Shown here: positions 28,595-39,281 of the stretch, in pieces
How the letters are laid out: each line of letters opens with the position of its first letter
How positions within the stretch are numbered: position 1 is the first letter of the stretch
From: Candidatus Bathyarchaeota archaeon
GTDB taxonomy: Archaea > Thermoproteota > Bathyarchaeia > Bathyarchaeales > Bathycorpusculaceae
Reading direction: 5' to 3'
Assembly (NCBI GenBank): GCA_963828195.1
Contig: CAWHDT010000005.1
Span: 608,001-672,000, forward strand
DNA length: 64,000 bases
Notes under the pieces: generated by a model
Databases searched by the model: none
What the model saw: only the letters and a program-made list of their open reading frames with translations
Told to the model about the DNA's origin: nothing
Program-made: the position numbers and the translations under genes

Positions 28595-30620
28595 CTGATA
28601 TAGGTTTCTTTATCTTGAATTTCTTCGAAACCAGAAAAATAATTATAATAACAATTACAAAAGCAATTACTGCCCCGATTATAATGTTGGTTGACCAAAG
28701 TGTTGCAGTCTGAGTGGCTGTTACTGAAGGCTCAACCGTCGCAGAAGTGGCAGGAGCCCCCGTGTTTATCACCCAAACAGTATTGCTTACGTCATTGGTA
28801 ACATAGATGTAGGCTCCGTTGGGCGTTACAGCTATTCCGTAAGGGCCTGCCCCAACAGTTACCGTCTCTATCACCGTGTTTGCAGCGGCGTTTATAACTG
28901 AAACCGCATTGCTGTCGGCGTTTGTAACATAGGTATATTCTCCGTTGGGAGAAACAGCCACCCCGTAAGGTTCAGTGTTAACCGTTATTGTCGCTGCTAC
29001 TTTGTTCGTTGCCGTGCTTATCACATTGACCGAACCGCTGCCAAGATTTGTAACGTAGACGTATTCTCCATTTGGGGTTATGGCAACTGCAAAAGGAAAA
29101 CTTCCGACGGGTACTGTAGCAGTTACTTTATCCGAACCTGTGCTTATCACTGAGACTGTTGTGCTGACGTCATTTGCGACGTATGCGTGTGCTCCGCTGG
29201 GAGTTATAGCTACACCAAAAGGATTGACTCCAACCGTTACCGTTGTTTTCACGGTGTTTGAATATGTACTTATCACCGAAACCGTGTTGCTGCCGCTGTT
29301 TGTAACATAAGCATATTCGCCGTTGGGAGTTATAGCCACACCATACGGGTCCGCTCCAACGGTCACGTTTGCTGTCACCGCATTAATAGCCGTGCTTATT
29401 ACCGAAACTGAATTGCTTCCCGCATTTGCAACATAGGCGTATTCCCCGTTAGGCGTGATAGCTACTCCATTAGGTCCGCTCCCAACAGGTACGGTTGCCG
29501 TGACCTCATTAGTCGCCGTGTTTATCACGGAAACTGAATTGCTGTCGCCATTCGTAATATAAGCATATGACCCGTTGGGGGTTACAGCCACTCCGCCAGG
29601 CTCGTATCCAACGTGAATCGTCGTAGTAACCGTATTAGTGTTCATGCTTATGATTGAAACCGAATTGCTCCCGACATTAGTAACGTAGGCATAGGCGCCG
29701 TTCGGAGTTACTGCCACTGCGGCAGGATAGCTTCCAACCGGTATTGTCGCCGACAACTTGTTCGTGCCGGTGCTAATCACAGAAATGGCGTCGCTGCCTT
29801 CATCGGTGACACAGGCATATTCTCCATTAGGTGTTATCGTGACACCGAAAGGACTGGCTCCAACGGCTGTGGTTACCGCAACCGTGTTGGTAGCCGCGTC
29901 TATCACTGAAATTGAAGCACTGCCTTCATCAGTAACATAAACAAATTCACTGTTGGGAGTTACAGCTACACCCGCTGGCTCGCTTCCAACAGATACCGTA
30001 GCCGTCAAAGTATTTGTAGTGGTATTTATTACTGAAACTATAGCGCTGCCTTCATTGGTAACATAGGCATATTTTCCGTTTGGCGATATGGCCACGGCGC
30101 CTGGGTAACTTACAGCCGGGATAGTTGCTACCACTTTATTGGTGGCTGTGCTAAGCACCGAAACAGAATCACTTTCCTCATTTGTGACATAGACATACGC
30201 TCCATCAGGAGTTATGGCCACACTCAAAGGCTCCGTTCCGACAGGTACCGTCGCGGTCTCGGTATTCGTGGTTGTATTTATTATTGAAACGGAATCGCTG
30301 CCGATATTTGTAACATACAAATCTGCCCCGTTGGGTGTTACCGCCACACCTATCGGATCCATTCCAACAGGTATTGTTGCATCAATTGTGTTCGTAGCCG
30401 TGTTTATAGCTGAAACCGTGTTGCCGCCTTCATTTGTAATGTAAGCGTATGCTCCGTTAGGAGTTATAGCCACACCGTAAGGGTCACTTAAACGGGTAAT
30501 CGCCGTCGCTGCATTCGCAGCTTTAACCGGCTGAAGCCGTAATGCGAAAACATAGAACGAGGAGAAGATAAGTAGAATAATAAAGCAAAGTCTCAAGGTA
30601 TTTATTGTTCCATTCTTCAT
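28581..30620 (-). CDS. YVTN-repeat (YncE-like) surface protein, 14 repeats
   Basis: Signal peptide, 14 repeats of about 42 aa (PxGVAITPNG.YAYVTN..SNxVSVI), C-terminal TM. Confidence 0.92.
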   Translation of the reverse strand: MKNGTINTLRLCFIILLIFSSFYVFALRLQPVKAANAATAITRLSDPYGVAITPNGAYAYITNEGGNTVSAINTATNTIDATIPVGMDPIGVAVTPNGADLYVTNIGSDSVSIINTTTNTETATVPVGTEPLSVAITPDGAYVYVTNEESDSVSVLSTATNKVVATIPAVSYPGAVAISPNGKYAYVTNEGSAIVSVINTTTNTLTATVSVGSEPAGVAVTPNSEFVYVTDEGSASISVIDAATNTVAVTTAVGASPFGVTITPNGEYACVTDEGSDAISVISTGTNKLSATIPVGSYPAAVAVTPNGAYAYVTNVGSNSVSIISMNTNTVTTTIHVGYEPGGVAVTPNGSYAYITNGDSNSVSVINTATNEVTATVPVGSGPNGVAITPNGEYAYVANAGSNSVSVISTAINAVTANVTVGADPYGVAITPNGEYAYVTNSGSNTVSVISTYSNTVKTTVTVGVNPFGVAITPSGAHAYVANDVSTTVSVISTGSDKVTATVPVGSFPFAVAITPNGEYVYVTNLGSGSVNVISTATNKVAATITVNTEPYGVAVSPNGEYTYVTNADSNAVSVINAAANTVIETVTVGAGPYGIAVTPNGAYIYVTNDVSNTVWVINTGAPATSATVEPSVTATQTATLWSTNIIIGAVIAFVIVIIIIFLVSKKFKIKKPISGDGT

Positions 30621-30926
30621 TCGACCAATCTTCCAGCCAAGCCTAAGTTAGTCTTAGCTTTAACACAATATAAGTGAATAAGTTTTTGTATGAGGGAGAG
30701 TGTTTTTAACTTTGAACCAGATTTCAGCAAAGCTAGCTTTAGAACAGGATTTTGCGGTAACATCCACTTTGGTCAGGTTTAAATCCGCCTCGTCTATTTG
30801 AAACAACACCTGTCGTGCAGATGATTGTCTATTTTCGTCCTCTTACGATTTCAGTGCCACGATAAATGAGACAAATCGTGAGGTGACTTGGTTGCCCGAG
30901 TAGTTGATTTGTAGCCTATTTACCCT

Positions 30927-32849
30927 TTAACACTTTGAGAGGGGCAAACTCACTATGAAAGCGGTTCCTTTACCCTCTTGGCTCTCAAAAACGACCGTGC
31001 CGCCCAAAGCTTCAACCATCCGTTTAACCACAGGCAAACCAAAGCCCTGACCCTTCGATTTGGTTGTGAACATCGGCGTAAACATTTTGCTCTTAACAGG
31101 TTCAGGAATTCCAACGCCCGTGTCCGCCACCGTTATGATGACATCGTTTCCTTTTTTGTGGACCCGAATGGTAAGTTTTCCGCCTTTTGGCATGGCTTGA
31201 ACAGCATTATTAAGCAAGTTATACATGATGCGATTAATGTAGGAAGAGTCGGTCACAATTTTCTTAGCATCAGATTCCACTTTAACGCTTAATTTGACGT
31301 TCTCGGGTAAACCGATGTTTTCTATCAATTCATCAATTATGAGTTTTAGATCAGCTTCTTCAGCATGAGGATGAAGAGTTTTGGAGAAGTCTTGAAGATC
31401 CATTACAATTTTGTTAATGTAATCGATGTTCTTTTCGATACCGTCTAAACTTTCACCTACAAGATTTTTTTCTTCACCTTCAGGCATCGAGGCAAACTCC
31501 GTCTTCAGCAAATAGACATCGCTTGTTATAGCCTGCAGCGGGTTTCGAATATCATGACCCACCATACCTGCGGTTGCGCCTATGGCAGCTAAACGTTCAG
31601 CATCTTTAAGCTGCCTTGTGCGTTCCTCAATAGTCTTCTCCAAGTTTTTTGCATACTCTTCAAGCTTAGACTGCAACTGCTTGCGTTCAGTAATGTCCAG
31701 GTTTGTTTCTAGGATTTCTTCAATTTTACCTTGAGCATTAGTTGCTGCGAGCCAATGGCTCTCCACCACTACTTTCCGTCCCGACTTGGTCTGTTGGATT
31801 TTTTCTCCCGACCAGCACCCACTATGCTCAAGTTGATGGATTATTTCTTGGAATTGTTCTGGAAATTTAGTCTGTAGAAGAAAGCGGCTTTTCTGTCCTA
31901 CTGCTTCCTCTTTTGTCCAACCGTAGAGACTCTGTGCACCTTGACTCCAGAAAGTAATTGTATCATCTAACTTTTTCTCAATTATGGCATCTGGACTTAG
32001 GTCAATTAATGAAGCTTGTTTTCTTAGTGCCTCTTCAACTTTATTGCGTTCTGTAATGTTTCTTGCCACATGCACTGAGCCAATCAGGTTTCCCTTTGCG
32101 TCCCTAATCGGTGTAGTGCTGACTAAGAAGTCGCCTCCAAGGCGGGATTCATGCACTTCAGCTGTGTGTTCTTTTCCGTCTTTTAGGGTTTGTGCGTGTG
32201 GACAAAAATCGGGCGGATAATCTAAGCCATGAACACACTCGTAACAGACCAGTCCTATGGCTTTTTCTGGAGTTACTCCTAGCTGTCGCGCCATGGCTTG
32301 GTTGGCACGCACGATTTTATACTGGTTATCAAGGATGGCAATGAAATCTGGAAAGCTGCCGAAAGTGAGTTCCCAATCATTCTTTGCCGCCCAAAGCTCA
32401 TGCTCGGTCTTTTTGCGTTCGCTTATGTCCTCGAAAACAACTGCGAAATAGCCTTTTTGCGGGCAATACGCAGAGATAGAGAACCACTTGTTCAGGGGCT
32501 TAAAAAATATTTCAAACTTTTCTGCCCTACAAGTTAACGCTACTCTGCCATAGATTTCAAATAAGTCGGGGTTTGCTTTTTCAATTCCAGGGATCGCTTC
32601 AGTAACCCTTTTTCCCACGATAGCGTCTCTTTTCAGACCAGTTAAACGCTCAAACGCGTCATTAATTTCGAGATATTCGAAGTCAACGGGGTTATTTTGT
32701 TTGTCAAAGATCATTCTGCAGTAAGCAAAGCCATCTAACATGTTCTCAAATAAAGCACGATACTTTTTTTCAGATTTACTCAGGTTAGATTTTGCAACGG
32801 TGCGATCTGCAAGGTTTTTACTTGTTGTATGCTTTATTGTTGCAGGCAA
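30927..32849 (-). CDS. PAS-domain sensor histidine kinase
   Basis: Three PAS/PAC-like segments; VGHDIRNPL H-box, NLLNNAVQAM, DTGVGI, FTTKSKGQGFGL. Confidence 0.95.
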   Translation of the reverse strand: MPATIKHTTSKNLADRTVAKSNLSKSEKKYRALFENMLDGFAYCRMIFDKQNNPVDFEYLEINDAFERLTGLKRDAIVGKRVTEAIPGIEKANPDLFEIYGRVALTCRAEKFEIFFKPLNKWFSISAYCPQKGYFAVVFEDISERKKTEHELWAAKNDWELTFGSFPDFIAILDNQYKIVRANQAMARQLGVTPEKAIGLVCYECVHGLDYPPDFCPHAQTLKDGKEHTAEVHESRLGGDFLVSTTPIRDAKGNLIGSVHVARNITERNKVEEALRKQASLIDLSPDAIIEKKLDDTITFWSQGAQSLYGWTKEEAVGQKSRFLLQTKFPEQFQEIIHQLEHSGCWSGEKIQQTKSGRKVVVESHWLAATNAQGKIEEILETNLDITERKQLQSKLEEYAKNLEKTIEERTRQLKDAERLAAIGATAGMVGHDIRNPLQAITSDVYLLKTEFASMPEGEEKNLVGESLDGIEKNIDYINKIVMDLQDFSKTLHPHAEEADLKLIIDELIENIGLPENVKLSVKVESDAKKIVTDSSYINRIMYNLLNNAVQAMPKGGKLTIRVHKKGNDVIITVADTGVGIPEPVKSKMFTPMFTTKSKGQGFGLPVVKRMVEALGGTVVFESQEGKGTAFIVSLPLSKC

Positions 32850-33069
32850 AAAAAATAATCAGTCCTTACTAAAAAAAAGTACCGTACTTATTTAAAAAGT
32901 TACCGTACGCACCTAATACGCTTATTTTTCCGTTGAAAATCACAAATAAGAAACAGGTTTCAAAGTACCCGCAAAAAAAATAAGAGCTAAAGAAAACGCC
33001 CGTATATTTTAGTCAACACTGATTGGACCTGCAAAATTGGGATAAAACAAGTTGGGCAGTGGTAGGAAC

Positions 33070-33822
33070 CTATGGCATAACTGCTGCGCCGATTAGGGTG
33101 ACGGGTGTCACTGGCTGAGATACTTCGCCGCTGTATGCTGCACTGGCTTCCACTTGCACATTGGAGATTGCCATTACGACGTTTTGGCCGTATATTACTT
33201 GACCGAAGACCGTGTATGAAGTGTCGAAGCTTGGGTAGAGATTATTGTTGTTTGCAACGTTGATGAAGAATTGTGTGCTTGCTGAGTTCGGCTGGCCCGT
33301 GTTTGCCATGGCTATTGTCATATTGCTGTTCACGTTATCGTTGCCTATCTCGTCTTGAATCGTAGGTTCAGAGGTTGCGCCTTCTCCGCCCTGAATCATG
33401 AAGCCTGCAAGGACTCTTTGGAAGACAGTGTCGTTATAGTATCCTTCCTTAACCAAGTTTACGAAGTTGGTTGTGGTTATGGGTTTGTCGTCTCGCATCT
33501 GAATAACTATGTCGCCCATGGAAGTTACGAAGAGAACCTGTGTTCCTCCTGCACTGTACTCGCCTGTCGGAGAAGTCAGCGGAGTCACGGAGGGAATACC
33601 TGTTGATGAAGTTGCAGTCGGTGAAGCGGTGGGAGATGGTGAAGAGGTGGTTACCGCCTCATTAGGACTTGCCTTATGCGAGATACTTTGATCAATAACG
33701 CCGTAAGCGATAATTGAAATGGCGATAACCGCTATAATCGCATATGCAATCATCTTTCGGTTTTTCCCCCGCGTTTTAGGATTGTAAGTTTTAACTTTAA
33801 CTTTGCTTTTTTTAGAGCTCAT
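33070..33822 (-). CDS. Membrane-anchored cyclophilin-type peptidyl-prolyl isomerase
   Basis: NFVNLV..GYY..TVFQRV..GFMIQGG, IAMANTG.PNSA.TQFFIN, YTVFGQV. Confidence 0.92.
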   Translation of the reverse strand: MSSKKSKVKVKTYNPKTRGKNRKMIAYAIIAVIAISIIAYGVIDQSISHKASPNEAVTTSSPSPTASPTATSSTGIPSVTPLTSPTGEYSAGGTQVLFVTSMGDIVIQMRDDKPITTTNFVNLVKEGYYNDTVFQRVLAGFMIQGGEGATSEPTIQDEIGNDNVNSNMTIAMANTGQPNSASTQFFINVANNNNLYPSFDTSYTVFGQVIYGQNVVMAISNVQVEASAAYSGEVSQPVTPVTLIGAAVMP

Positions 33823-34000
33823 GACCAGAATTATAAAACATTTTTTATTTAAACATTTCAGATTTTCGCTCACAACGACGGCGTTCCCCAAGTTTGCTGA
33901 AAAACTCTGGGAAATCGAGCCAGATCATCTTGAGATTTTATTTCATTTGTTTCAAGAGAAATTGTCTTGGCTCTAAAGAGTTGGAAAGTGTGGTTTTTGG

Positions 34001-34594
34001 CTAGAAGGGGAATCCTCTGCGACGCCCGGATTGCCGCTGCTGGTCTGGTTGTCTTGCTGCTGGGAATCTGGAGAGGTGCTCGTGTATTATTTTCCAGGTT
34101 GAGTCTTGTTTTTTCAGAACGGCGGTGACTCGTGAAGTTACGTCAAACTGCTCGTTTCTCATGGTTGCCTTGTAGTTTATGGTGAAGGTGGCTAAGGCTG
34201 CGTCGCCGAGAACTGTTTCTTTGAAGTCTTTAAGTTCGTACGTGTAGTTGGAGAGGACTTTGAAGGCGGCGAACTCTGTCTGCAATGCTTGTGCACGCTC
34301 CTGCCGCTGATAGGGAGGCCAATCGTCAAATCTGCTGTAGTTCTCATCCAAAACCGCTGTAATTGTTTTTTCATCTTTGTTCTTTAACGCATCAAACCTC
34401 AAGACTATAACGCCTCTGACCTCATCTCCAGCGCCAGTTGAAGGCGGGTTTACAGGCGAGTTTTGAGAAGCAACCTGACTTTGAGGGCTTGAAGCAGCTG
34501 ACGGGCTTTGGGTTGAGGCGGTCAGTTTACTTCCGCACCAGTTGCAGAAAACGTTTCCTTCGTCATTTTCTTTTCCGCATGTTGGGCACAGCAT
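34001..34594 (-). CDS. Zinc-ribbon plus SnoaL/NTF2-like domain protein
   Basis: CPTCG...FCNWCG; RVTAVLKK...WKIIHEHLS. Confidence 0.8.
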   Translation of the reverse strand: MLCPTCGKENDEGNVFCNWCGSKLTASTQSPSAASSPQSQVASQNSPVNPPSTGAGDEVRGVIVLRFDALKNKDEKTITAVLDENYSRFDDWPPYQRQERAQALQTEFAAFKVLSNYTYELKDFKETVLGDAALATFTINYKATMRNEQFDVTSRVTAVLKKQDSTWKIIHEHLSRFPAARQPDQQRQSGRRRGFPF

Positions 34595-34761
34595 TTTATT
34601 TTCTCCGTCCTGAAGGGTTTTCTTGCTTATAATTCAAGGCAATCTTAAGTATATTTTCCCAGCAAAAAAACTGAAGATCATTTTGCCAACGAGTTCGCAG
34701 GGAAAAAAAGGCGGTTGCGTCCGTTTTGCATATTAACAAGAAATGTTACATAAATTTGGCA

Positions 34762-35571
34762 ATGAAGAAATCGTTACTCATCGCGATTGTTGCGGCATTA
34801 ATCATTATTGTTTTAGCAGCTTCAATACTTGCGATTAACAGAATTGACGCTGCACCAAAATCCACTGTGACAAATTACACTTACACTGTGGTTAACACGT
34901 ACCCTCATGATACTAGCGCCTTCACCGAGGGGCTCTTTTACTCAGATGGTTTTCTCTACGAATGCAGCGGCAGCGGAAACCTACCCGCCATTTCGACTTT
35001 GCGCCGCGAGAATTTGACCTCTGGCACCATCTTGCAGGAGTACACTTTGCCAACTCAGTACTTCGGCGAAGGCATAGCAGTAGTCAACGGCACAATTATA
35101 CAGCTAACTTGGCAGTCAAACATAGGCTTCATTTACAACCAAACCACATTTGCTCTGATAGGAAACTTTACTTATCCCACGCAGGGTTGGGGGTTAACCT
35201 TTGACGGAAAAAACCTCATTATGAGCGACGGCACCGACCACCTTTACTTCTTGAATCCCACAAGTTTTCAGCAGACAGGAGAAATCCAGGTTCTTGACGG
35301 AAACACGCCTGTATTAAACATCAACTCGCTAGCCTACATCAACGGCGAAATCTACGCCAACATTTGGTTCACGAACACAATCGCCATAATCAACCCCGAA
35401 AATGGACAAGTTAAAGCCTGGATTAACCTCGCGGGACTCCCAGACGAAAACAATTCAAACCTCAACGCCGTGCTCAACGGCATAGCCTACGACCAACAAA
35501 ACAACAGGCTATTTGTAACAGGCAAAGACTGGCCAAACCTCTACCAGATAAAACTAGTACCGCAAAACTAA
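34762..35571 (+). CDS. Glutaminyl-peptide cyclotransferase (beta-propeller type)
   Basis: YPHD..AFTEGL, YFGEGI, QLTW, GWGL, MSDG, ANIW, VLNGIAYD, VTGK.WP. Confidence 0.92.
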   Translation: MKKSLLIAIVAALIIIVLAASILAINRIDAAPKSTVTNYTYTVVNTYPHDTSAFTEGLFYSDGFLYECSGSGNLPAISTLRRENLTSGTILQEYTLPTQYFGEGIAVVNGTIIQLTWQSNIGFIYNQTTFALIGNFTYPTQGWGLTFDGKNLIMSDGTDHLYFLNPTSFQQTGEIQVLDGNTPVLNINSLAYINGEIYANIWFTNTIAIINPENGQVKAWINLAGLPDENNSNLNAVLNGIAYDQQNNRLFVTGKDWPNLYQIKLVPQN

Positions 35572-35663
35572 CCAAACAACTTAACACAGTGGTCCTAAAA
35601 ATAATTAAAGTTTTTCTTCCACATTTTTTAGGGTTAAACTGATGGTTTGTTACCGAAGCTGCC

Positions 35664-36455
35664 TTAACGTTTCGCTATGTAGAAAGATGCGGCAGCTAAT
35701 GGAGCCACAATGGCGTAGGAAACTGCAGTGCCCAGCCAGATCCCCCAAATTGGGTACAGGTACCTGACAGCTACACAGAAGGGAATAATCGTTAAAATGC
35801 CCGACAACACCAGAGGCTTAGTTACCGATCGCGAAAACTCCGTTCCCCTGCTCCTGTTCAAAATTACCAAAGTCGAAGTAAAAACTGCTGGAAACGCAGC
35901 CGCAATCCCGCCCAACACAGGACCGCCAATTTGACTTAAAACCACAGAAAGCAAAACAAGCGATCCAGCGCCGACTCCACGCAGCACAACATCACGAAGC
36001 CTGTAGTCTCTGGTTTCACCCGTTTGCTTTGTTAGTTTCAGCTTTTTAGCGAAGGCAAGATAGGTTAAAACTGAAATCGCCGCTCCCGCAACTAAGCAAA
36101 CTGCAAAATCTTTCAGGCCAGACGCAACAATCAAGCCGGAAAACACAAACCATAAGGCGAGGGAAAACGTGATTCCGCGGCTGAACCCTTTCTGGGCGAA
36201 AAAAGCGTAGAAGAAAAGATACGCGCTTGTTATGCCGAAGGCTAAGGGAAACACGGTTGTGGCTTGAACTGCCGCGGCTGAAGATTGGTTGATGCCGATG
36301 AAGAAAAACGAGAAAGCCGACGTGGAGGGAAGACCGCCGAGGATTCCGCCTAAGACGCTTCCTTTCTTTTCTGCAACGATCGTGATTATGGTGACCCATA
36401 GGCTTCCGACGGCGAATGCGAGAAAAAGATGCAGTAGAAACGAGTCGGTAACCAT
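35664..36455 (-). CDS. DUF3147-like multi-pass membrane protein
   Basis: Internal repeat AEK.G..LGGILGGLP / GP.LGGIAAAFP. Confidence 0.65.
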   Translation of the reverse strand: MVTDSFLLHLFLAFAVGSLWVTIITIVAEKKGSVLGGILGGLPSTSAFSFFFIGINQSSAAAVQATTVFPLAFGITSAYLFFYAFFAQKGFSRGITFSLALWFVFSGLIVASGLKDFAVCLVAGAAISVLTYLAFAKKLKLTKQTGETRDYRLRDVVLRGVGAGSLVLLSVVLSQIGGPVLGGIAAAFPAVFTSTLVILNRSRGTEFSRSVTKPLVLSGILTIIPFCVAVRYLYPIWGIWLGTAVSYAIVAPLAAASFYIAKR

Positions 36456-36689
36456 GTTTGAGCCTTTGCAACATATGGCAGATTAGGGATTAATTAATTC
36501 TTCCAAGGAATTTTGATAAAGGTCAATTGAAAAAAGGCTGTTTCAGACAGACATACTGCAGCGGAGTAGGTTTTGAAGCAACGGTATTTTATTATTACAA
36601 AAAAACGTGATGTTAGAGTTAAGTAGCGCTTAGCGAAAAATAGAAATCTCAGTAGAGCAACTCATAGAAAGTATTCTGGAGACTTTGGC

Positions 36690-37157
36690 TTGCCAAACGA
36701 CGCAGATGTGAAGCTTGAAGACACAACTTTCAGTGTTTACTTGTACGTGGCTAAAGAACGCAAGCCCGTTGGCCCCCGAGAAGTCATGCGTGGCGCACAT
36801 CTTAGCAGTCCGAGCGTGGCTTATCGGCATCTTCAGAAACTTGAAGACTCGGGGCTGCTAAAGAAAAACGAGTACGGCGAATACCTCCTTAAAAAGAAAA
36901 TGAAGGTCAACGGATACCGCTGGCTTGGACGAAGACTGCAGCCTAACGCAACGTTCTACTTCTATTTTTTCCTGGCGCTTTTCATCGCCGAGGCTGTGAT
37001 TTTAGCACTCCACTATAGGGTCGAAACCGACGAGTTCAAAATCTTCTTCGCACTTGGTCTCACGATAACTGGAGCAGCCATGGTCCTTTTCCTTAAAGAA
37101 GCAAGGACGCTAACTAAGAAACTGTGGAAAACTCCAGCCAATAACAAAGACGAATAA
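36690..37157 (+). CDS. Winged-HTH protein with two C-terminal TM helices
   Basis: VGPREVMRGAHLSSPSVAYRHLQKLEDSGLL..NEYGEY. Confidence 0.78.
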   Translation: MPNDADVKLEDTTFSVYLYVAKERKPVGPREVMRGAHLSSPSVAYRHLQKLEDSGLLKKNEYGEYLLKKKMKVNGYRWLGRRLQPNATFYFYFFLALFIAEAVILALHYRVETDEFKIFFALGLTITGAAMVLFLKEARTLTKKLWKTPANNKDE

Positions 37158-37320
37158 TTCCTAACTTCCTCATTAAAGTCGGATCTTCCTCTTGAAATTG
37201 GACTAAACTTGACATTCTAAAATATGCAAGTGCGTGTTCTTCTTGTGGAACACTGTGTTCTTTGGGGAGAGCTATATACCGCATGCGTAGCAATATCCCT
37301 TGGTGTAGGAGAGAAATCTC

Positions 37321-39228
37321 ATGAAATCAAACATAAAACGGTTCGTTCCTGCTCTTCTTCTCATAACTCTAATCATGATAATGAGCGCGCCGGAATATGC
37401 GTCTGCGTCTTCCAGTTTTTCCCCCGGCCCGTCGGCTCCAAACGATTCCGTGGTCACCGCAAACTCTTCGGTAGCTGCCAAAACAATAACTGTCCCCGAA
37501 GACTACCCGACCATTACCGATGCGATCGGAAACGCTTCGGCAGGCGACACGATTCTGGTTCAAAGCGGAACCTATTTTGAAAACCCAGTAGTCGATAAAC
37601 CGTTAACGCTGCAAGGTGAAAACAGCGCGAACACCTTAGTGGTGGGAGCAGGCGGCTACGTGGGAGCCAGCGTTTTCACGGTTACGGCGGATAACGTGGT
37701 GATTTCAGGCTTCACAATTACAAGCCTTAACTATTCATCTTCTTCGAGCTACGCATACGGCGTCATGATACAGGCAGATAAATGCACGATAACAGGCAAC
37801 AACATCGTTAACACGGCATCGGGTATTTACTGCTCCGTTCAATCCTCCGCCATGATCGCTCAAAACAATATAACTGAAAATCAACACAACGGCATCATGT
37901 TCTTCGGCGGCTCAGACAACACCATATCAGACAACAACATATCAGGCAACACGGGATCCGCCATCACGCTTGAAGGCTACTCAGATAACATAACGGAAAA
38001 CACCCTGTCCCAAAACACCATGGGCATAGGGATGAGCGCAACTTACTCAGTGATCTACGGGAACAACATGACTGGAAACAGCAATTCAGGCATTTACCTA
38101 ACAGGCGCCTACAACGTCATAGCAGCCAACTACCTCGCCGACAACAAATACGGCATCTACATAGTCCCAAGCTTCGGCTTAGCCAGCGACAACACAATAT
38201 TCCACAACGACTTCACAGACAACCAGCAAAACGCCTACTCCACCTCCCCGTTTAACATCCAAGTTTGGGACAACGGATCCCAAGGAAACTACTGGAGCGA
38301 TTACTCTACGACTTGCCCTAATGCAATTGAGACTGGCAACTCTGGAATAATGAATCAGCCCTACACGATTTGCGCCAACAACACCGACAAATACCCGCTC
38401 ATGGCACCTTTTGATGTCTCAACCGCCACCGGCTCGCCAAGCGAAAAAACTCCGCCAGCCGCCGGCTCCAACAATGTTGTCGCTTCATGGAGCCTAGATA
38501 ACGTTCAAGGAAACAACGTTACACTGGACTCGACTGGAGCTAACTCCGCGGTTTTGGGGCTTGAGCAAGGCAACATTTCCTATACTCCGCCGCTGGTCCA
38601 GGGAAAATTCGGCGAAGCCATGTACTTTGACGGGGGCGGCTACGCATACGTTCCGTCTTCACCCAGCTTAAACATCCCTGCAGACATCACCATCGACGCA
38701 TGGGTTAACGTAAACCAATTCAAAGACGTGGAATACAACAACATAGTGATTGAGTTCGTGAATACCCCCGCCAAGTATCCAACTCGGATTCTTGGACTCG
38801 CCATAAACGGATTAGCACCCAGCAACAGCAGCTCCCCAGCGCTGGGAGACTTAATCGGCTACGTAACAACCGACACAGGAGGCTTCAACCAGATAATAAC
38901 CACCCAGCCGATTCCCCTAAACCAGTGGATCCAGGTCGAGTTCGCCCGCAGCACCCAAACAGGCATGCACATCTACGTGAACGGGGTAGAACAGAACGTG
39001 ACAGTCACAAACGGAGTGCAGAACCCCACCGGATCAATATTGCAGGCGACGGGACTGTACTTTGGGCATGACTCAATAACCACCCTCGAAGACATCCAAA
39101 TCCTCAACGTCGCCTCGGCACCCGGAGGCACGCCTGATTGGCAACAATGGTGGTTCTGGACTCCCGTAGCCGCCATTTTCGCCGTATTAGTTGCAGCAGC
39201 ATACTACGTAAGCAAAAAACGGCATTAA
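37321..39228 (+). CDS. Surface protein with NosD/CASH parallel beta-helix and LamG-like domain
   Basis: TITVPEDYPTITDAI, N-rich PbH1 repeats, GNYWSDY, D.YPL, GKFG.AMYFDG, IYVNG; C-terminal TM. Confidence 0.85.
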   Translation: MKSNIKRFVPALLLITLIMIMSAPEYASASSSFSPGPSAPNDSVVTANSSVAAKTITVPEDYPTITDAIGNASAGDTILVQSGTYFENPVVDKPLTLQGENSANTLVVGAGGYVGASVFTVTADNVVISGFTITSLNYSSSSSYAYGVMIQADKCTITGNNIVNTASGIYCSVQSSAMIAQNNITENQHNGIMFFGGSDNTISDNNISGNTGSAITLEGYSDNITENTLSQNTMGIGMSATYSVIYGNNMTGNSNSGIYLTGAYNVIAANYLADNKYGIYIVPSFGLASDNTIFHNDFTDNQQNAYSTSPFNIQVWDNGSQGNYWSDYSTTCPNAIETGNSGIMNQPYTICANNTDKYPLMAPFDVSTATGSPSEKTPPAAGSNNVVASWSLDNVQGNNVTLDSTGANSAVLGLEQGNISYTPPLVQGKFGEAMYFDGGGYAYVPSSPSLNIPADITIDAWVNVNQFKDVEYNNIVIEFVNTPAKYPTRILGLAINGLAPSNSSSPALGDLIGYVTTDTGGFNQIITTQPIPLNQWIQVEFARSTQTGMHIYVNGVEQNVTVTNGVQNPTGSILQATGLYFGHDSITTLEDIQILNVASAPGGTPDWQQWWFWTPVAAIFAVLVAAAYYVSKKRH

Positions 39229-39281
39229 ACGAAACGACCCAATCGCCGAGCCTCAAGATTAAATTGCCTCTTAGTTTTTTC

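Noticed and set aside
28740-30490. Periodic nucleotide repeats of about 126 nt
   Set aside because: Fully explained by YVTN protein repeats
27486-30620. Possible island integrated at the tRNA-Ala 3' end
   Set aside because: No duplicate of the tRNA 3' end and no integrase found in the window
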